A DNA stretch of 63,625 bases, filler included, from Candidatus Rokuibacteriota bacterium (lineage in GTDB: Bacteria; JAUVQV01; DATDCY01): the NCBI GenBank assembly GCA_031406795.1. It is 4 parts of 4 records of this genome, joined end to end, with 100 filler letters (N's around TTAATTAATTAA, not from the genome) between each part and the next. Parts side by side here need not be neighbours in the genome. Positions count along the whole stretch, not along the records: positions 1 to 15,995 come from JANOHV010000009.1; 3 more parts are not named here. The stretch is one strand, 5' to 3'. The notes beneath the pieces were generated by a model that made no database searches, had not been told where the DNA came from, and saw only the letters and a program-made list of their open reading frames with translations. Every line of letters starts with the position of its first letter. Within the stretch, counting starts at the first letter, position 1. Both the position numbers and the translations under genes were made by a program. Positions 1-8,909 of this stretch are shown in pieces.

Positions 1-178
1 CCGCCTGCCCGACCAGCAACTCCCCGCCGGGAGTAAATCCGACGCAGGAGGGGAGCATCGTCGTCTCGCCGGGACCGATGATCCGCACCCGGCCGTCGAC
101 GAACGCCGCGATCTCCGAATTGGTCGTCCCCAGGTCGATGCCGACCACCACGCCAGGTTCTGCCGTCTTCATCTCCAT
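1..178 (-). CDS. Hsp70/DnaK-family protein, N-terminal part (runs off window)
   Basis: Manual translation MEMKTAEPGVVVGIDLGTTNSEIAAFVDG...LPSCVGF...LLVGQA carries the Hsp70 GIDLGTTNS phosphate-1 motif. Confidence 0.92.
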   Translation of the reverse strand, partial: MEMKTAEPGVVVGIDLGTTNSEIAAFVDGRVRIIGPGETTMLPSCVGFTPGGELLVGQA

Positions 179-236
179 CCTTTCAGGTAAAGGTACCGCG
201 AATCTTCACCGTTATTCACGCCAGCTCTTGTGCTTC

Positions 237-261
237 GTAGGGGAGGGGTTGATCCCCTCCC
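237..261 (+). repeat. GTAG-type REP element
   Basis: GTAG followed by hairpin GGGAGGGG-TTGAT-CCCCTCCC; related copies at 9958-10074 and 57866-57890. Confidence 0.75.
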
Positions 262-351
262 CGCCCGTTCCCGGTGAATCGTCTTCATCTTGGACGGTGG
301 TCAACCCCGGCCCCTCGAGTCGCCGTGCTGCGAAAGAAGCAAGTCAACCGA

Positions 352-1191
352 TCATTTGTCATGGTCCACCGTAGTGTTCAGCGGCGAGGCCGCAACTTTG
401 ACGCGGACCGGCCGGTAGAGTTCCCCCTGCCACAGATACCCGCGCTGATAGACCTCCAGGACCGTTCCCGTGGCGACGCGGGAGGTCACCTCGCGATCCA
501 CGGCCTCCATCAGGTGCGGGTCGAAGGGCAGGCCCTGGCATTCGATCTCCCGAACCTGATATCCGGCGAGGATCTCCTCGAGATAGTCCAGGCTCAGACG
601 ATACCCTTTTCGCAGGGCCGCGAGGCTTGTTGCGTCCTGCTCCAGCTTTCTCCCGCTTCCGCCGAAGAGACCGGCGAGCCACCCGGCCCGCGGCGGCGCC
701 GCCTGGCCACCCGACCGCAGTGCCTCCAGGCCGCGCATCAGCCGGTCCCGCAGCATAACCAGATGCGCGAGCATCTCCCGGCGCACCCGCTGTTCCACCT
801 CGCGGCGAAGTTCCCGCTCCCGCTCCTGCCGCTCCCCCCGCCCCTCGTCCGCGATGCGGCGGGCCTCGGCGAGGGCCTCACGGTGAAGGCTCAGGATCTG
901 GTCGACGCGATCGCCGAGACCGGCCGTGGCCTCGAGCCGCTCGTGGAGCTGCTTGAAGGCCCGCCCCTGAAGCCTGATCTCCTGGGTCTGGGCAGTCAGG
1001 GCCGACCAGATCGCGAAGAGGTCGTCGCCCTCTGCGACCGTGCCCTCGCTCTCGGCGCCATCTCCTTTTTCCAAATCCGCCCAGACCTCCGCGGCAATCC
1101 CCGTCGGCGGCGCTTCCTCCGCCAGGGCGTTGTTCAGCAGGTCCCGGAAGCGTTCCACCAGGATCTCCCGACGTTCATCAGGCAGCGTCAT
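352..1191 (-). CDS. grpE: GrpE-family nucleotide exchange factor (atypical, long N-terminus)
   Basis: C-terminal GLPFDPHLMEAV...GTVLEVYQRGYLWQGELYRPVRVKVA matches the GrpE beta domain; lies next to Hsp70. Confidence 0.88.
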   Translation of the reverse strand: MTLPDERREILVERFRDLLNNALAEEAPPTGIAAEVWADLEKGDGAESEGTVAEGDDLFAIWSALTAQTQEIRLQGRAFKQLHERLEATAGLGDRVDQILSLHREALAEARRIADEGRGERQERERELRREVEQRVRREMLAHLVMLRDRLMRGLEALRSGGQAAPPRAGWLAGLFGGSGRKLEQDATSLAALRKGYRLSLDYLEEILAGYQVREIECQGLPFDPHLMEAVDREVTSRVATGTVLEVYQRGYLWQGELYRPVRVKVAASPLNTTVDHDK

Positions 1192-1496
1192 TTTCCTTTC
1201 AGAACCTCCATCCAGAACTGCGGGCCGACGAATCTCCTCTGCGGGATCCGACCGTGGATGAGCAGCGTGAAATCGAGATCCCCGGTGCCCGCGACAAGCT
1301 GATACCGGGCGCGGCGGCGGGGATCGCGCAGGACCGCGTAGGCATCGCGTATCCGTTCGAATTCATCGGCACGATCCGGCGGGTATTCCCTGACCTTCGC
1401 CAGGTAGGCGGCGCGGATCTGCTCTTCCGTCGCCGCGGCTGATACACCAAGGATCTCCCAGGGATCATCGATTGCGCTGTCAACCCGGTTCCTCAT
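1188..1496 (-). CDS. Small J-domain (DnaJ-like) protein
   Basis: DPWEILGVSAAATEEQIRAAYLAKVREYPPDR...FERIRDAYAVLRDPRRR; J-domain pattern with YPPD in place of HPD. Confidence 0.85.
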   Translation of the reverse strand: MRNRVDSAIDDPWEILGVSAAATEEQIRAAYLAKVREYPPDRADEFERIRDAYAVLRDPRRRARYQLVAGTGDLDFTLLIHGRIPQRRFVGPQFWMEVLKGK

Positions 1497-1529
1497 GTTC
1501 CTTCCACCTCTTTCGCGATCTTGAGCACA

Positions 1530-4148
1530 TTACGAAAAATCGAATAGATTTTTCTGCCGTTCCCGCGCTTCCTTCTTCTTCTCCGCGGCGGCTTTTTTCC
1601 GGTCGGGCTCCGCTCGCGTACGCTCCGCCACTTTCCGGGCGAGCGCATCGAGCAACTCGAGCATCGCGGGATCGTCGGAATCGGCCGCCCGCTTCCGTGC
1701 GGCACCTCCGCGGCAGGTTGCCTGGCGTTCCGCTCGACACTCCGGGCATTCACATTCCGCGGCGAAATCCCTGACTTGTCTGTTTCGGCGGGGTGGCCCG
1801 GGTTGCCGCTGCGTGGGGTGTGTGCGCTGCTGCCGCTCCTTTTCGACGACCGCCTGAACCTGTTCGCTGTTCAGGCTCTTCCCCATCTCCTCGAGCAGAT
1901 CCTGGCCCGCCCACGACAACGTGGACTTCAGCCCGATGCCGTCGTCGATAGACTTCAGGTCCCGGCGCCGCCGCGCGAGCTCCAGAGCCGCTGCGATCGC
2001 GTGGACGCGCCGCTCCTCTTCCCACGGGGGGAGGATGCCCGCCCGCAACAGCAGGAACCGGGGGAGGAAATCCCCGCCGCCGTCGATTCCCGCCACGGTA
2101 GCGGCATAGGAGAGATGCGGACCTTCGCTGCCGACGAGCGCGGTGGCGATGGCCATGTCATACAGAGGTCCGGGCGGGAGGGGACGCGAGTCCCCTCTGT
2201 CAGTGAGTTCCTTGATCAACCTTTTTTCCCACCGCTGCGGGAGCGCAATGCTCAGGCCCAGGCCGGCGCCAAGGGCGTAGACGCGGGCGACGTCCCCTGC
2301 CAGATCGCCTCCTTCCGCTTCGGGCGGCGGCAGGAGAGCCTCACGAACGTCGTCGGGCAGGCCCCCGTTGATCGCCAGAGTCGAGAGGAGTGTCGAGGCC
2401 GCGATGTCGCCGAGCCGCGCCACCACCCCATCCCGGACGGCCGCGGCCTCCGGTTCCCTCCCGAGCAGATGCAGGGCACCCCAGCGCAGGGCTTCCAGGA
2501 AAGCCGGTCGGTCGCCCTCCCGGCACAGCGGCAGCGCCTCGAGCGCGGCGATGTCCGCTTCGATCAGCTTTGGCTTTTTCTGACGCAGGTGCCGGAGGGC
2601 GGCGATGACCAGCAGGCGCAGCTTCGTGCGATGGACTTCAGGATTGAGGGCATCGAGACGCTCGGCCTTCGCCAGCCAGCCCAGGGCTTTCTGGAAGGCG
2701 CCCCGGCCCTGCGTCGCCGAGGCGAGGAAAAGCAGGGGCTGAACATCCTGCGGGAGGGCGCGGTGCCATCTCTCGGCGACCTCTTCGGCCGCGCCGCCGT
2801 CTCCCTGTTTCTTCGCCCAGGCCAACCATTCGCCGAAAGTCTCCCCATGAGGCTCGATGGCGCAGGAGCGCGCGAAGTGGGCCTGGGGGGAAAATTCCGC
2901 CGGGGGCAATGCCCCCGGCCGGAGTTGGTTGTCGGCGAAATCATCTTCGTAGATCGTCCGGGCGTCCTCCAAGTCTGCGGCGGGATAGGACGCGAGAATC
3001 CCGGCCACGTGGAGAAAAAGCATTGCCTCGGCCGAACTGCCCGCGGCGAACCGGCCCTCCTGGAGCGCCAGACGACGATACTCCTCCCAGGCATCGATGA
3101 CGACCGACAGCGTTTCGGGTTCGTGAAACTTTTCGATGGTCGCGGCGAAGAGCCGACAATACTCCGCGTCCTGCCGTGGGGCGCCACCCAGCGCGGCCTG
3201 CATCTTTTTCTCGGGAAAGCCGTGCACGACGGCCCGTATCGAGATGCGGATACGGAGTCGCTGCACGAGATCCGGAGCGGCGCGACGGCAGAGATCGACC
3301 GTGGGGGCGATCTGCTCCAGCGCATCGCGCGCGTGTGCCTGGTGAAAGCTCTGTTCCAGACGCGCCAGCGCCTCGCTGAAACCGGCGCTCCCACCATCGA
3401 TCTGGTCGACGAGACGGGCCGCGCTTTCGGTCAGATCCCGCGCGGGCTTCCCGGAGCAGATCGCCTCCAGGGCAGGCACGAGCCGCGCGGGGATGGTTCC
3501 CGGTTCCACGGCGGCGAGAAAGCGCCGGCAGGCGACGTCGTCCCGACGATAAAACGCGGCGATCGCCCGGACGAGTGTCTTCCACGACGCGAGCGGGCTG
3601 CGGCGGGAGATCTCGGAAAGTTCGATCGCCTCATCTTCCACGGGGCCCTGCGTAACCGCATCAAAAGCGGCGGTGAGGGCGGCGGCCCCCCGGCGCAGGG
3701 GATGGTCGGACGGGAGGGCGGAGCAGCGCGCCAGAGACTGAAGATCGCCGACATCCCTTTTGATCGTCTCTTCGATGGCCGCTTTGCGCTCCGGCGGGAG
3801 GTCGGGATCGAGCAGGGGCCGCACCAGATCGTCCAGCCTGCCCCGGCTCAGAGCGATCTGGCCCCCGATCTGCTGGAGTCGTGGCCGGGAAGCGGGGTAC
3901 TTGTCCCGCACCAGCCCCGCCAGGGCATCGGCCTCCTCCCACATCTGCTTGTTCGCCATCGCCTGAATGCGGGCGAGGTAGGCCTCGATCAGGAGATTCT
4001 CACTTGCGGCCGAGGCCGCGTGCTTGTGGATCTGCTTGGCGAGATCGAGCGCGGACTTGCTTTCGCCACGGCCAATCAGGATGCCGACTCGCTCCGCGTC
4101 ACCCGGATCGGGCGGGAGCGCGCTGTTCTTCATCTGCAGCTTACTCAT
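1530..4148 (-). CDS. Large alpha-helical/TPR-like hypothetical protein (872 aa) heading the chaperone operon
   Basis: Long Ala/Leu-rich helical ORF with TPR-like segment (FQKALGWLAKAERLDALNPEV), CECPEC motif near the C-terminus and terminal QKNLF. Confidence 0.8.
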   Translation of the reverse strand: MSKLQMKNSALPPDPGDAERVGILIGRGESKSALDLAKQIHKHAASAASENLLIEAYLARIQAMANKQMWEEADALAGLVRDKYPASRPRLQQIGGQIALSRGRLDDLVRPLLDPDLPPERKAAIEETIKRDVGDLQSLARCSALPSDHPLRRGAAALTAAFDAVTQGPVEDEAIELSEISRRSPLASWKTLVRAIAAFYRRDDVACRRFLAAVEPGTIPARLVPALEAICSGKPARDLTESAARLVDQIDGGSAGFSEALARLEQSFHQAHARDALEQIAPTVDLCRRAAPDLVQRLRIRISIRAVVHGFPEKKMQAALGGAPRQDAEYCRLFAATIEKFHEPETLSVVIDAWEEYRRLALQEGRFAAGSSAEAMLFLHVAGILASYPAADLEDARTIYEDDFADNQLRPGALPPAEFSPQAHFARSCAIEPHGETFGEWLAWAKKQGDGGAAEEVAERWHRALPQDVQPLLFLASATQGRGAFQKALGWLAKAERLDALNPEVHRTKLRLLVIAALRHLRQKKPKLIEADIAALEALPLCREGDRPAFLEALRWGALHLLGREPEAAAVRDGVVARLGDIAASTLLSTLAINGGLPDDVREALLPPPEAEGGDLAGDVARVYALGAGLGLSIALPQRWEKRLIKELTDRGDSRPLPPGPLYDMAIATALVGSEGPHLSYAATVAGIDGGGDFLPRFLLLRAGILPPWEEERRVHAIAAALELARRRRDLKSIDDGIGLKSTLSWAGQDLLEEMGKSLNSEQVQAVVEKERQQRTHPTQRQPGPPRRNRQVRDFAAECECPECRAERQATCRGGAARKRAADSDDPAMLELLDALARKVAERTRAEPDRKKAAAEKKKEARERQKNLFDFS

Positions 4149-4278
4149 GCCACGTCTTCACGGTCGATGATTTTATCCGCTCTTCTCTGGAAATGGTACA
4201 CGATCCGGCGATGTGCGTGATCTCGCTGATGGCGGAGGCGTCCATGGTCAGTTCAAGCGTTGAGTGCCACATTGCGGC

Positions 4279-5508
4279 CTACCGCAATTGCGGCAGGGAT
4301 TGAGCGATCTGCCTGATGCTGACAGGGGAGACCCCGGCTTCGGTGGCGAAGTCCTTCCATCGGGCGACGGCCGCCTGTACCTGATCGATGATCCCGGCGA
4401 TCTCGCGCTTGGTCACGCCGGCTTGTTCAGCCAGTCGAAGCATCTGCGATCTCCCCGGGTTCTTGCCCTCGCCGGCCAACGACATGGTGTGCTCGCCGCC
4501 GGGGCCGGGGGTGTACAACAGATCGTACGAGGGGGAAAGAGCCCAGTCGCCCGTGGTGTCGTCCAAGAGAAATGCGAAGTTCTTCACATGGTCGTCGCGA
4601 TTGTGGGCCAGTACGTTGAAGACCATGCAGCGGCAGGCTCGCAGCACGTCCTGATGGTTTCGCGTCAGCAGTGACGTGGCCTTGAGCAAGTCGGCATAGT
4701 CGGCCGACGGGATGCGGAAGTTTGATTGAATAAGGTTGCCGAACGTGTGGACGTGGTAGCGCCGCTTGCCGTCGCGGTCGAACCGCTTGCTGCCGAAGAA
4801 CCGGTCGCCTTCTGAAGTCTCGAACAGGCGCGTCGGCGGCAGGTCGATGCCGGCAGCGCCGGCCATCAGGGAATAGGCGTACTCGATCGCCCCGGCGTCG
4901 CGGCTTTCGCTCCTGGCCGCGAACTTCACGATCCAGTGCTCGATGCCAGCGGGAAGGTCGTCTTCACCGGAGGTGACGTCGCCGCTGCCGGAGTTGAAGC
5001 CCACCAGTACCTTGGGCCGCGCACCACCGGGCGAACCGCCGGCCCGCAGCAGTTGCGGCAATACGTCAACGGCAACGCCGGCCAGTATGTCCTGGGACTG
5101 CCGAGCCAGATCATGCAGGTCGAACACGCCGGCATCGACGTTATCGCGATCGGTCGGCGGGTGGTACGTCAGTGCGCCCATCGTCCTCGTGCCGAGCCAG
5201 GAGAGCCGGTCCAGCGGGCTTACTTCGGCCAGGTTCCGCCCGCGAGATCGGAAGTGCCGGTCCATCAGCAGCAGGCCCCAACCGTCGGGCAGAGAGTCAT
5301 CGAACAGGCCCGGCAGTGGCCCGAAATCGCGGTCGGTATGCTCGAACAGCCCGGGCCCGAACGGCAGGCGGAAGGGCGACAGGTTCAGTCCCGCGGCGAG
5401 GAAGCCGGGCGCATATTCAAAGTACACCCGGCCGTGATCCTCGGCCAGCGTGCCAACGGGCAACGAGTCGCCGGGGCGGCGTGTGAAGCGGACCTCAAGT
5501 TTCCTCAT
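4279..5508 (-). CDS. hipA: HipA-family Ser/Thr kinase toxin
   Basis: N-terminal couple domain (DSLPDGWG), GGSPGGARPK, HNRDDHVKNF, LSPSYDL motifs. Confidence 0.93.
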   Translation of the reverse strand: MRKLEVRFTRRPGDSLPVGTLAEDHGRVYFEYAPGFLAAGLNLSPFRLPFGPGLFEHTDRDFGPLPGLFDDSLPDGWGLLLMDRHFRSRGRNLAEVSPLDRLSWLGTRTMGALTYHPPTDRDNVDAGVFDLHDLARQSQDILAGVAVDVLPQLLRAGGSPGGARPKVLVGFNSGSGDVTSGEDDLPAGIEHWIVKFAARSESRDAGAIEYAYSLMAGAAGIDLPPTRLFETSEGDRFFGSKRFDRDGKRRYHVHTFGNLIQSNFRIPSADYADLLKATSLLTRNHQDVLRACRCMVFNVLAHNRDDHVKNFAFLLDDTTGDWALSPSYDLLYTPGPGGEHTMSLAGEGKNPGRSQMLRLAEQAGVTKREIAGIIDQVQAAVARWKDFATEAGVSPVSIRQIAQSLPQLR

Positions 5509-5816
5509 ATCCGGCCTCGCTTGGGGAGAGGCCTGGCGGCGCGTTGCTCAAGCTCCGCGATGCTCCGTGCCGACGGCGGCTCGAACAGCTTGTTGAATTC
5601 CTCGAGCCGGGACAGGGCGTGGGCAATCTTGAGCACCAATTCCAGCGAGCCCATCCCGGTGGTCTCGAACCGCTTGAGCGATGCAGCTGTCACTCCGGCC
5701 CGGAGCGCCAGCGTGCTCCGGGTCCAGCCCTTGAGCAATCGCAGGGCCTTGGAACGGTCGGCCAGCGAGCGGCCCATCTCGGCAGGACCAACCAGTGAAA
5801 GTGTCGCCGCATTCAC
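5505..5816 (-). CDS. XRE-family HTH antitoxin (HipB-like)
   Basis: LRLLKGWTRSTLALRAGVTAASLKRFETTG HTH; 4-nt overlap with hipA. Confidence 0.88.
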   Translation of the reverse strand: MNAATLSLVGPAEMGRSLADRSKALRLLKGWTRSTLALRAGVTAASLKRFETTGMGSLELVLKIAHALSRLEEFNKLFEPPSARSIAELEQRAARPLPKRGRI

Positions 5817-5957
5817 GATGATATTGTACTGCGATTGTGTATTACAGTCAATAAGTTATCCGTATGTAAGATATTTAGCGTAATGCAGTTAATATATTGT
5901 CTGTAAAACAACTAGACTTGAAGCTGGTCAGCAGCCTGTTCGGCGTCCTGTCGGGCC

Positions 5958-6102
5958 ATTGAGCAGTCGGATGGTCGGCGCAGCGAGCAGGCGGTCCGTC
6001 TCTTCAGGGAAGGGAGCATGGACTTCACCGATGCCTATGCGCTGGCGGCGGCAGGGCAGGCCGGGTGCGCCTCGATAGCGACGTTTGACCGAAGACACTT
6101 CC
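5958..6102 (+). pseudogene. C-terminal remnant of PIN-domain (VapC-like) toxin
   Basis: Manual translation EQAVRLFREGSMDFTDAYALAAAGQAGCASIATFDRRHF fits the PIN C-terminal DFxD...TFD pattern; no N-terminal half. Confidence 0.6.
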
Positions 6103-6214
6103 GCCCTTCCACCTCTGATTGCCCCATTGACATGCCCGCGTCTCCGTCGCAAAGTAATTCCGACTGTGAATAGAGGGTTTTCACAACAGATACACTCGAG
6201 ACAGGGGGAATGCC

Positions 6215-6475
6215 ATGGGATACACGATCGTCGGGTTGAAGGACAAGGTCATGGAGATGTACCCCGAACTGCAGCGCAGCGGGATCGCGGTGAATCTCTC
6301 GTTCGACGCGGAGAAGGACGCCTACATCTTGAAGATGCAGAAGGATGGCCACGAGCTCACGACGCACCTCGAGAGGCAGGACGCGGACGACTGCATGCGG
6401 GGCATCAAGTGCGTCACGCTCGGCATGCAGGTCGAGCAGTTCTCCAAGAACTTCACGATTCGCGAAGGGCTGTAG
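6215..6475 (+). CDS. Small hypothetical protein
   Basis: 86-aa ORF with GGGGA RBS and host-like GC3 codon bias; CMRGIKC motif. Confidence 0.75.
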   Translation: MGYTIVGLKDKVMEMYPELQRSGIAVNLSFDAEKDAYILKMQKDGHELTTHLERQDADDCMRGIKCVTLGMQVEQFSKNFTIREGL

Positions 6476-6651
6476 TCGACTGACCTCGGGTTCTTTGCCT
6501 CGGTGCAATTTCGACTCATTGCCGGTCCGTGTCAAGCATCCTTGCCGCATTCGCCGGATAGCGTCTTGACCCCATGGGAATCGGTGGAACGAGGAAGTAT
6601 GCTCGGAGCGGCATGACCATCCAGGCAGACACTCACGGAGAGGGCGGATCG

Positions 6652-7344
6652 ATGGAACGACTGATCCGGATCGAAGTTGCCGCGGGGAGGATCGAAGGTG
6701 ATCTCGTGGTGCCGGCGGACGCGCGCGGGGCAGTTCTCTTCGCTCACGGGAGCGGCAGCAGCCGCCACAGTTCCCGCAATCGTTACGTCGCCCAGGTCAT
6801 CCAGCGGGCGGGATTCGCGACGCTGCTCATCGACCTGCTGACGCAAGGGGAGGAAGCCGTCGATCTGCGCGGCGGACGGGTGCGCTTCGATATCGGCCTG
6901 CTCTCAGGCCGACTCTTGAGCGCAACGGAGTGGCTGCAGCAAGCCGCCGAAACCGCCGGCCTGCGGATCGGCTACTTCGGCGCAAGCACCGGCGCCGCCG
7001 CCGCGCTCGTCGCGGCCGCCGAACGCCCGGACGGGATCGGCGCCATCGTCTCGCGCGGCGGCCGACCCGATCTGGCGGGAAGCGATCTCTCCCGCGTCCG
7101 CGCTCCGACCCTGCTCATCGTCGGCGGCGAGGACACCGCGGTGATCAGGATGAATCGCGACGCTTTCGAGCTGCTCCCGGGCCGGAAGGAGTTGACCATC
7201 GTCCCGGGCGCAACGCACCTCTTCGAAGAGCCGGGGACCCTCGAGGAAGTGGCCCGCCTCGCGGCGAGCTGGTTCTCGGCTTACCTCGCGCCGCCCGGTC
7301 AGAAGCCCGCTGGCATCGCAGGATACGCTCGCCGCGGCGCCTAG
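6652..7344 (+). CDS. Dienelactone-hydrolase-like alpha/beta hydrolase
   Basis: FAHGSGSSRHSSRN, GYFGASTGAAAA, VSRGGRPDLA, GATHLFEEPG motifs. Confidence 0.88.
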   Translation: MERLIRIEVAAGRIEGDLVVPADARGAVLFAHGSGSSRHSSRNRYVAQVIQRAGFATLLIDLLTQGEEAVDLRGGRVRFDIGLLSGRLLSATEWLQQAAETAGLRIGYFGASTGAAAALVAAAERPDGIGAIVSRGGRPDLAGSDLSRVRAPTLLIVGGEDTAVIRMNRDAFELLPGRKELTIVPGATHLFEEPGTLEEVARLAASWFSAYLAPPGQKPAGIAGYARRGA

Positions 7345-7407
7345 TCTTCCCTCCACTGCGGCCATGCGCTACAATGCGCCCATAAAAACTCGGGCAAGGG
7401 AGGCGAG

Positions 7408-7719
7408 ATGGCAACGAGCAAGGCTGGATCAGGCAGACGGTGGGTGGTGACCGGCGCGATCGTGGCCGGAGCCCTCTTCTCCTTGGTGGTCTTCTCAGGC
7501 GGCTGCAAGAAGGAGTCCTCGAGCGAGAAGGCCGGGCGCGATGCCCGCGAGGCGTTCGAGAAGAGCAAGGAACTCATCAAGGAAGGGCTCCAGAAGAGTG
7601 GCGAGGCCGCCAGGGAGGGCCTCCAGAAGAGTGGCGAGGCCGCCAAGGAAGGCCTCGAAAAGTCCCAGGAAGCGGCGAAGGACTTCTCGAAAGGCTGGCA
7701 AGAGGGCGGCAAGAAGTGA
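7408..7719 (+). CDS. Putative lipoprotein with 11-aa amphipathic repeats
   Basis: Hydrophobic signal ending SGGC; (K/R)EGLQKSGEAA repeats; GGAGG RBS. Confidence 0.75.
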   Translation: MATSKAGSGRRWVVTGAIVAGALFSLVVFSGGCKKESSSEKAGRDAREAFEKSKELIKEGLQKSGEAAREGLQKSGEAAKEGLEKSQEAAKDFSKGWQEGGKK

Positions 7720-7729
7720 GTCGCCCCCG

Positions 7730-8089
7730 ATGAGTGCGATGGGGGAGGGTCCCGTCTCGGGCTGCTTCACCGCGGAGGAGGAGCGGCTGCATGAAGCCGG
7801 ATTCGCCGCGATCAGCGCGGGTCTGGCCGCCGGGCTTGGTTTCGACAAGGCCTGCGCCGGCATTGAAGCGACGGACGCCGAGCTTCGCCGGATCATCGCC
7901 GACGATTATCTCAAGGTGGCGATCGCGCAGCGCAATTTCCAGGGTACCGAAAGCACCGCGGACATCGCCGCGGCCTTCGGGATCCCCGTTGAGCGCGTCG
8001 AATGCGCCCGCCGGGAGATGCTCGCCGAAGTCGCGTCGGCCTCCGTGGACGTCTTCCGCCGCCAGGGAGGAGAAGTCCCCGACGCCTGA
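7730..8089 (+). CDS. Hypothetical protein
   Basis: ORF directly following the lipoprotein gene with host-like codon usage; start uncertain. Confidence 0.6.
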   Translation: MSAMGEGPVSGCFTAEEERLHEAGFAAISAGLAAGLGFDKACAGIEATDAELRRIIADDYLKVAIAQRNFQGTESTADIAAAFGIPVERVECARREMLAEVASASVDVFRRQGGEVPDA

Positions 8090-8196
8090 GCGGCCGCCGG
8101 GTGTGGCCGATCCGGCTCGCCCTGCGTAGGACTGTCCTCCACCGGAGCGTGTGTGGGCGGGTCTCACGATTCCGGCGGGTATGGTACCGTTACCAC

Positions 8197-8865
8197 GTGA
8201 ACATCGATCGTCCGCAATTTCCGTCAGCACAATTCAGGGGACACCTCCTGGCCGCGCTGCTCCTCTGCGGACTGGTCGCCGCCTGTTACTTCTACGTCGA
8301 TCGGCCCGCGGCGATCTGGGTGCGCGGCATCGATCCGCAGATCGTTGGTGTCTTCAAGAAGATTACGGTCCTCGGCAGTTCAACTCCCTATCTGATCGCG
8401 CTGGCGGTGCTCTATCCACTCCTGCGCTTCTCCCTGCGACGCGAGGCGGCCGCGACGCGGGCGCTGTTCGTCCTCACGGCCATTGTCGTTTCGGGCTTGT
8501 CGGTCGATCTTCTGAAGTGGATCGTCGCTCGCTGGCGCCCGAAAGCCTTCTTCGCCGACCCTTCGGAGTATGGCTTCGCGTTCTTCAGGTCCGGCTACAT
8601 CCACTACTCGTTCCCCTCCGGGCACGCGACAACCGCCCTGGCGGTGGGCTGCGCGTTGACGCTCCTGTATCCGCGGCTGCGCGCGGTGTGGGTAAGCGTC
8701 GCCACGCTGGCGGCCGCGAGCCGGGTGATCGTCGGGGCGCACTATCCGGGCGATGTGCTCGCGGGTGCCTGGTTCGGGATCGTGCTCACGCTGGCGCTCG
8801 CCCGCACGGCCTGGTTTCGCGCCGCGCTCGAGGCGCCGCGTTTGACAACCACGCCCCGGAAATGA
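8197..8865 (+). CDS. PAP2-family membrane phosphatase
   Basis: KWIVARWRP, SFPSGH, SRVIVGAHYPGDV motifs; multiple TM segments. Confidence 0.9.
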   Translation: MNIDRPQFPSAQFRGHLLAALLLCGLVAACYFYVDRPAAIWVRGIDPQIVGVFKKITVLGSSTPYLIALAVLYPLLRFSLRREAAATRALFVLTAIVVSGLSVDLLKWIVARWRPKAFFADPSEYGFAFFRSGYIHYSFPSGHATTALAVGCALTLLYPRLRAVWVSVATLAAASRVIVGAHYPGDVLAGAWFGIVLTLALARTAWFRAALEAPRLTTTPRK

Positions 8866-8909
8866 TAAAAAACTGCGATATTTTCGGCACTTTCCACGAA
8901 AGGGAGGCC

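Noticed and set aside
1493-1753. Alternative-frame ORF whose stop overlaps the J-protein start, suggesting a frameshift in the 872-aa gene
   Set aside because: Arg-rich low-complexity translation typical of off-frame reads; the main frame ends plausibly; not fully excluded without homologs
7579-7680. Regularly spaced repeats as a CRISPR array
   Set aside because: In-frame coding tandem repeats with no unique spacers and no cas genes
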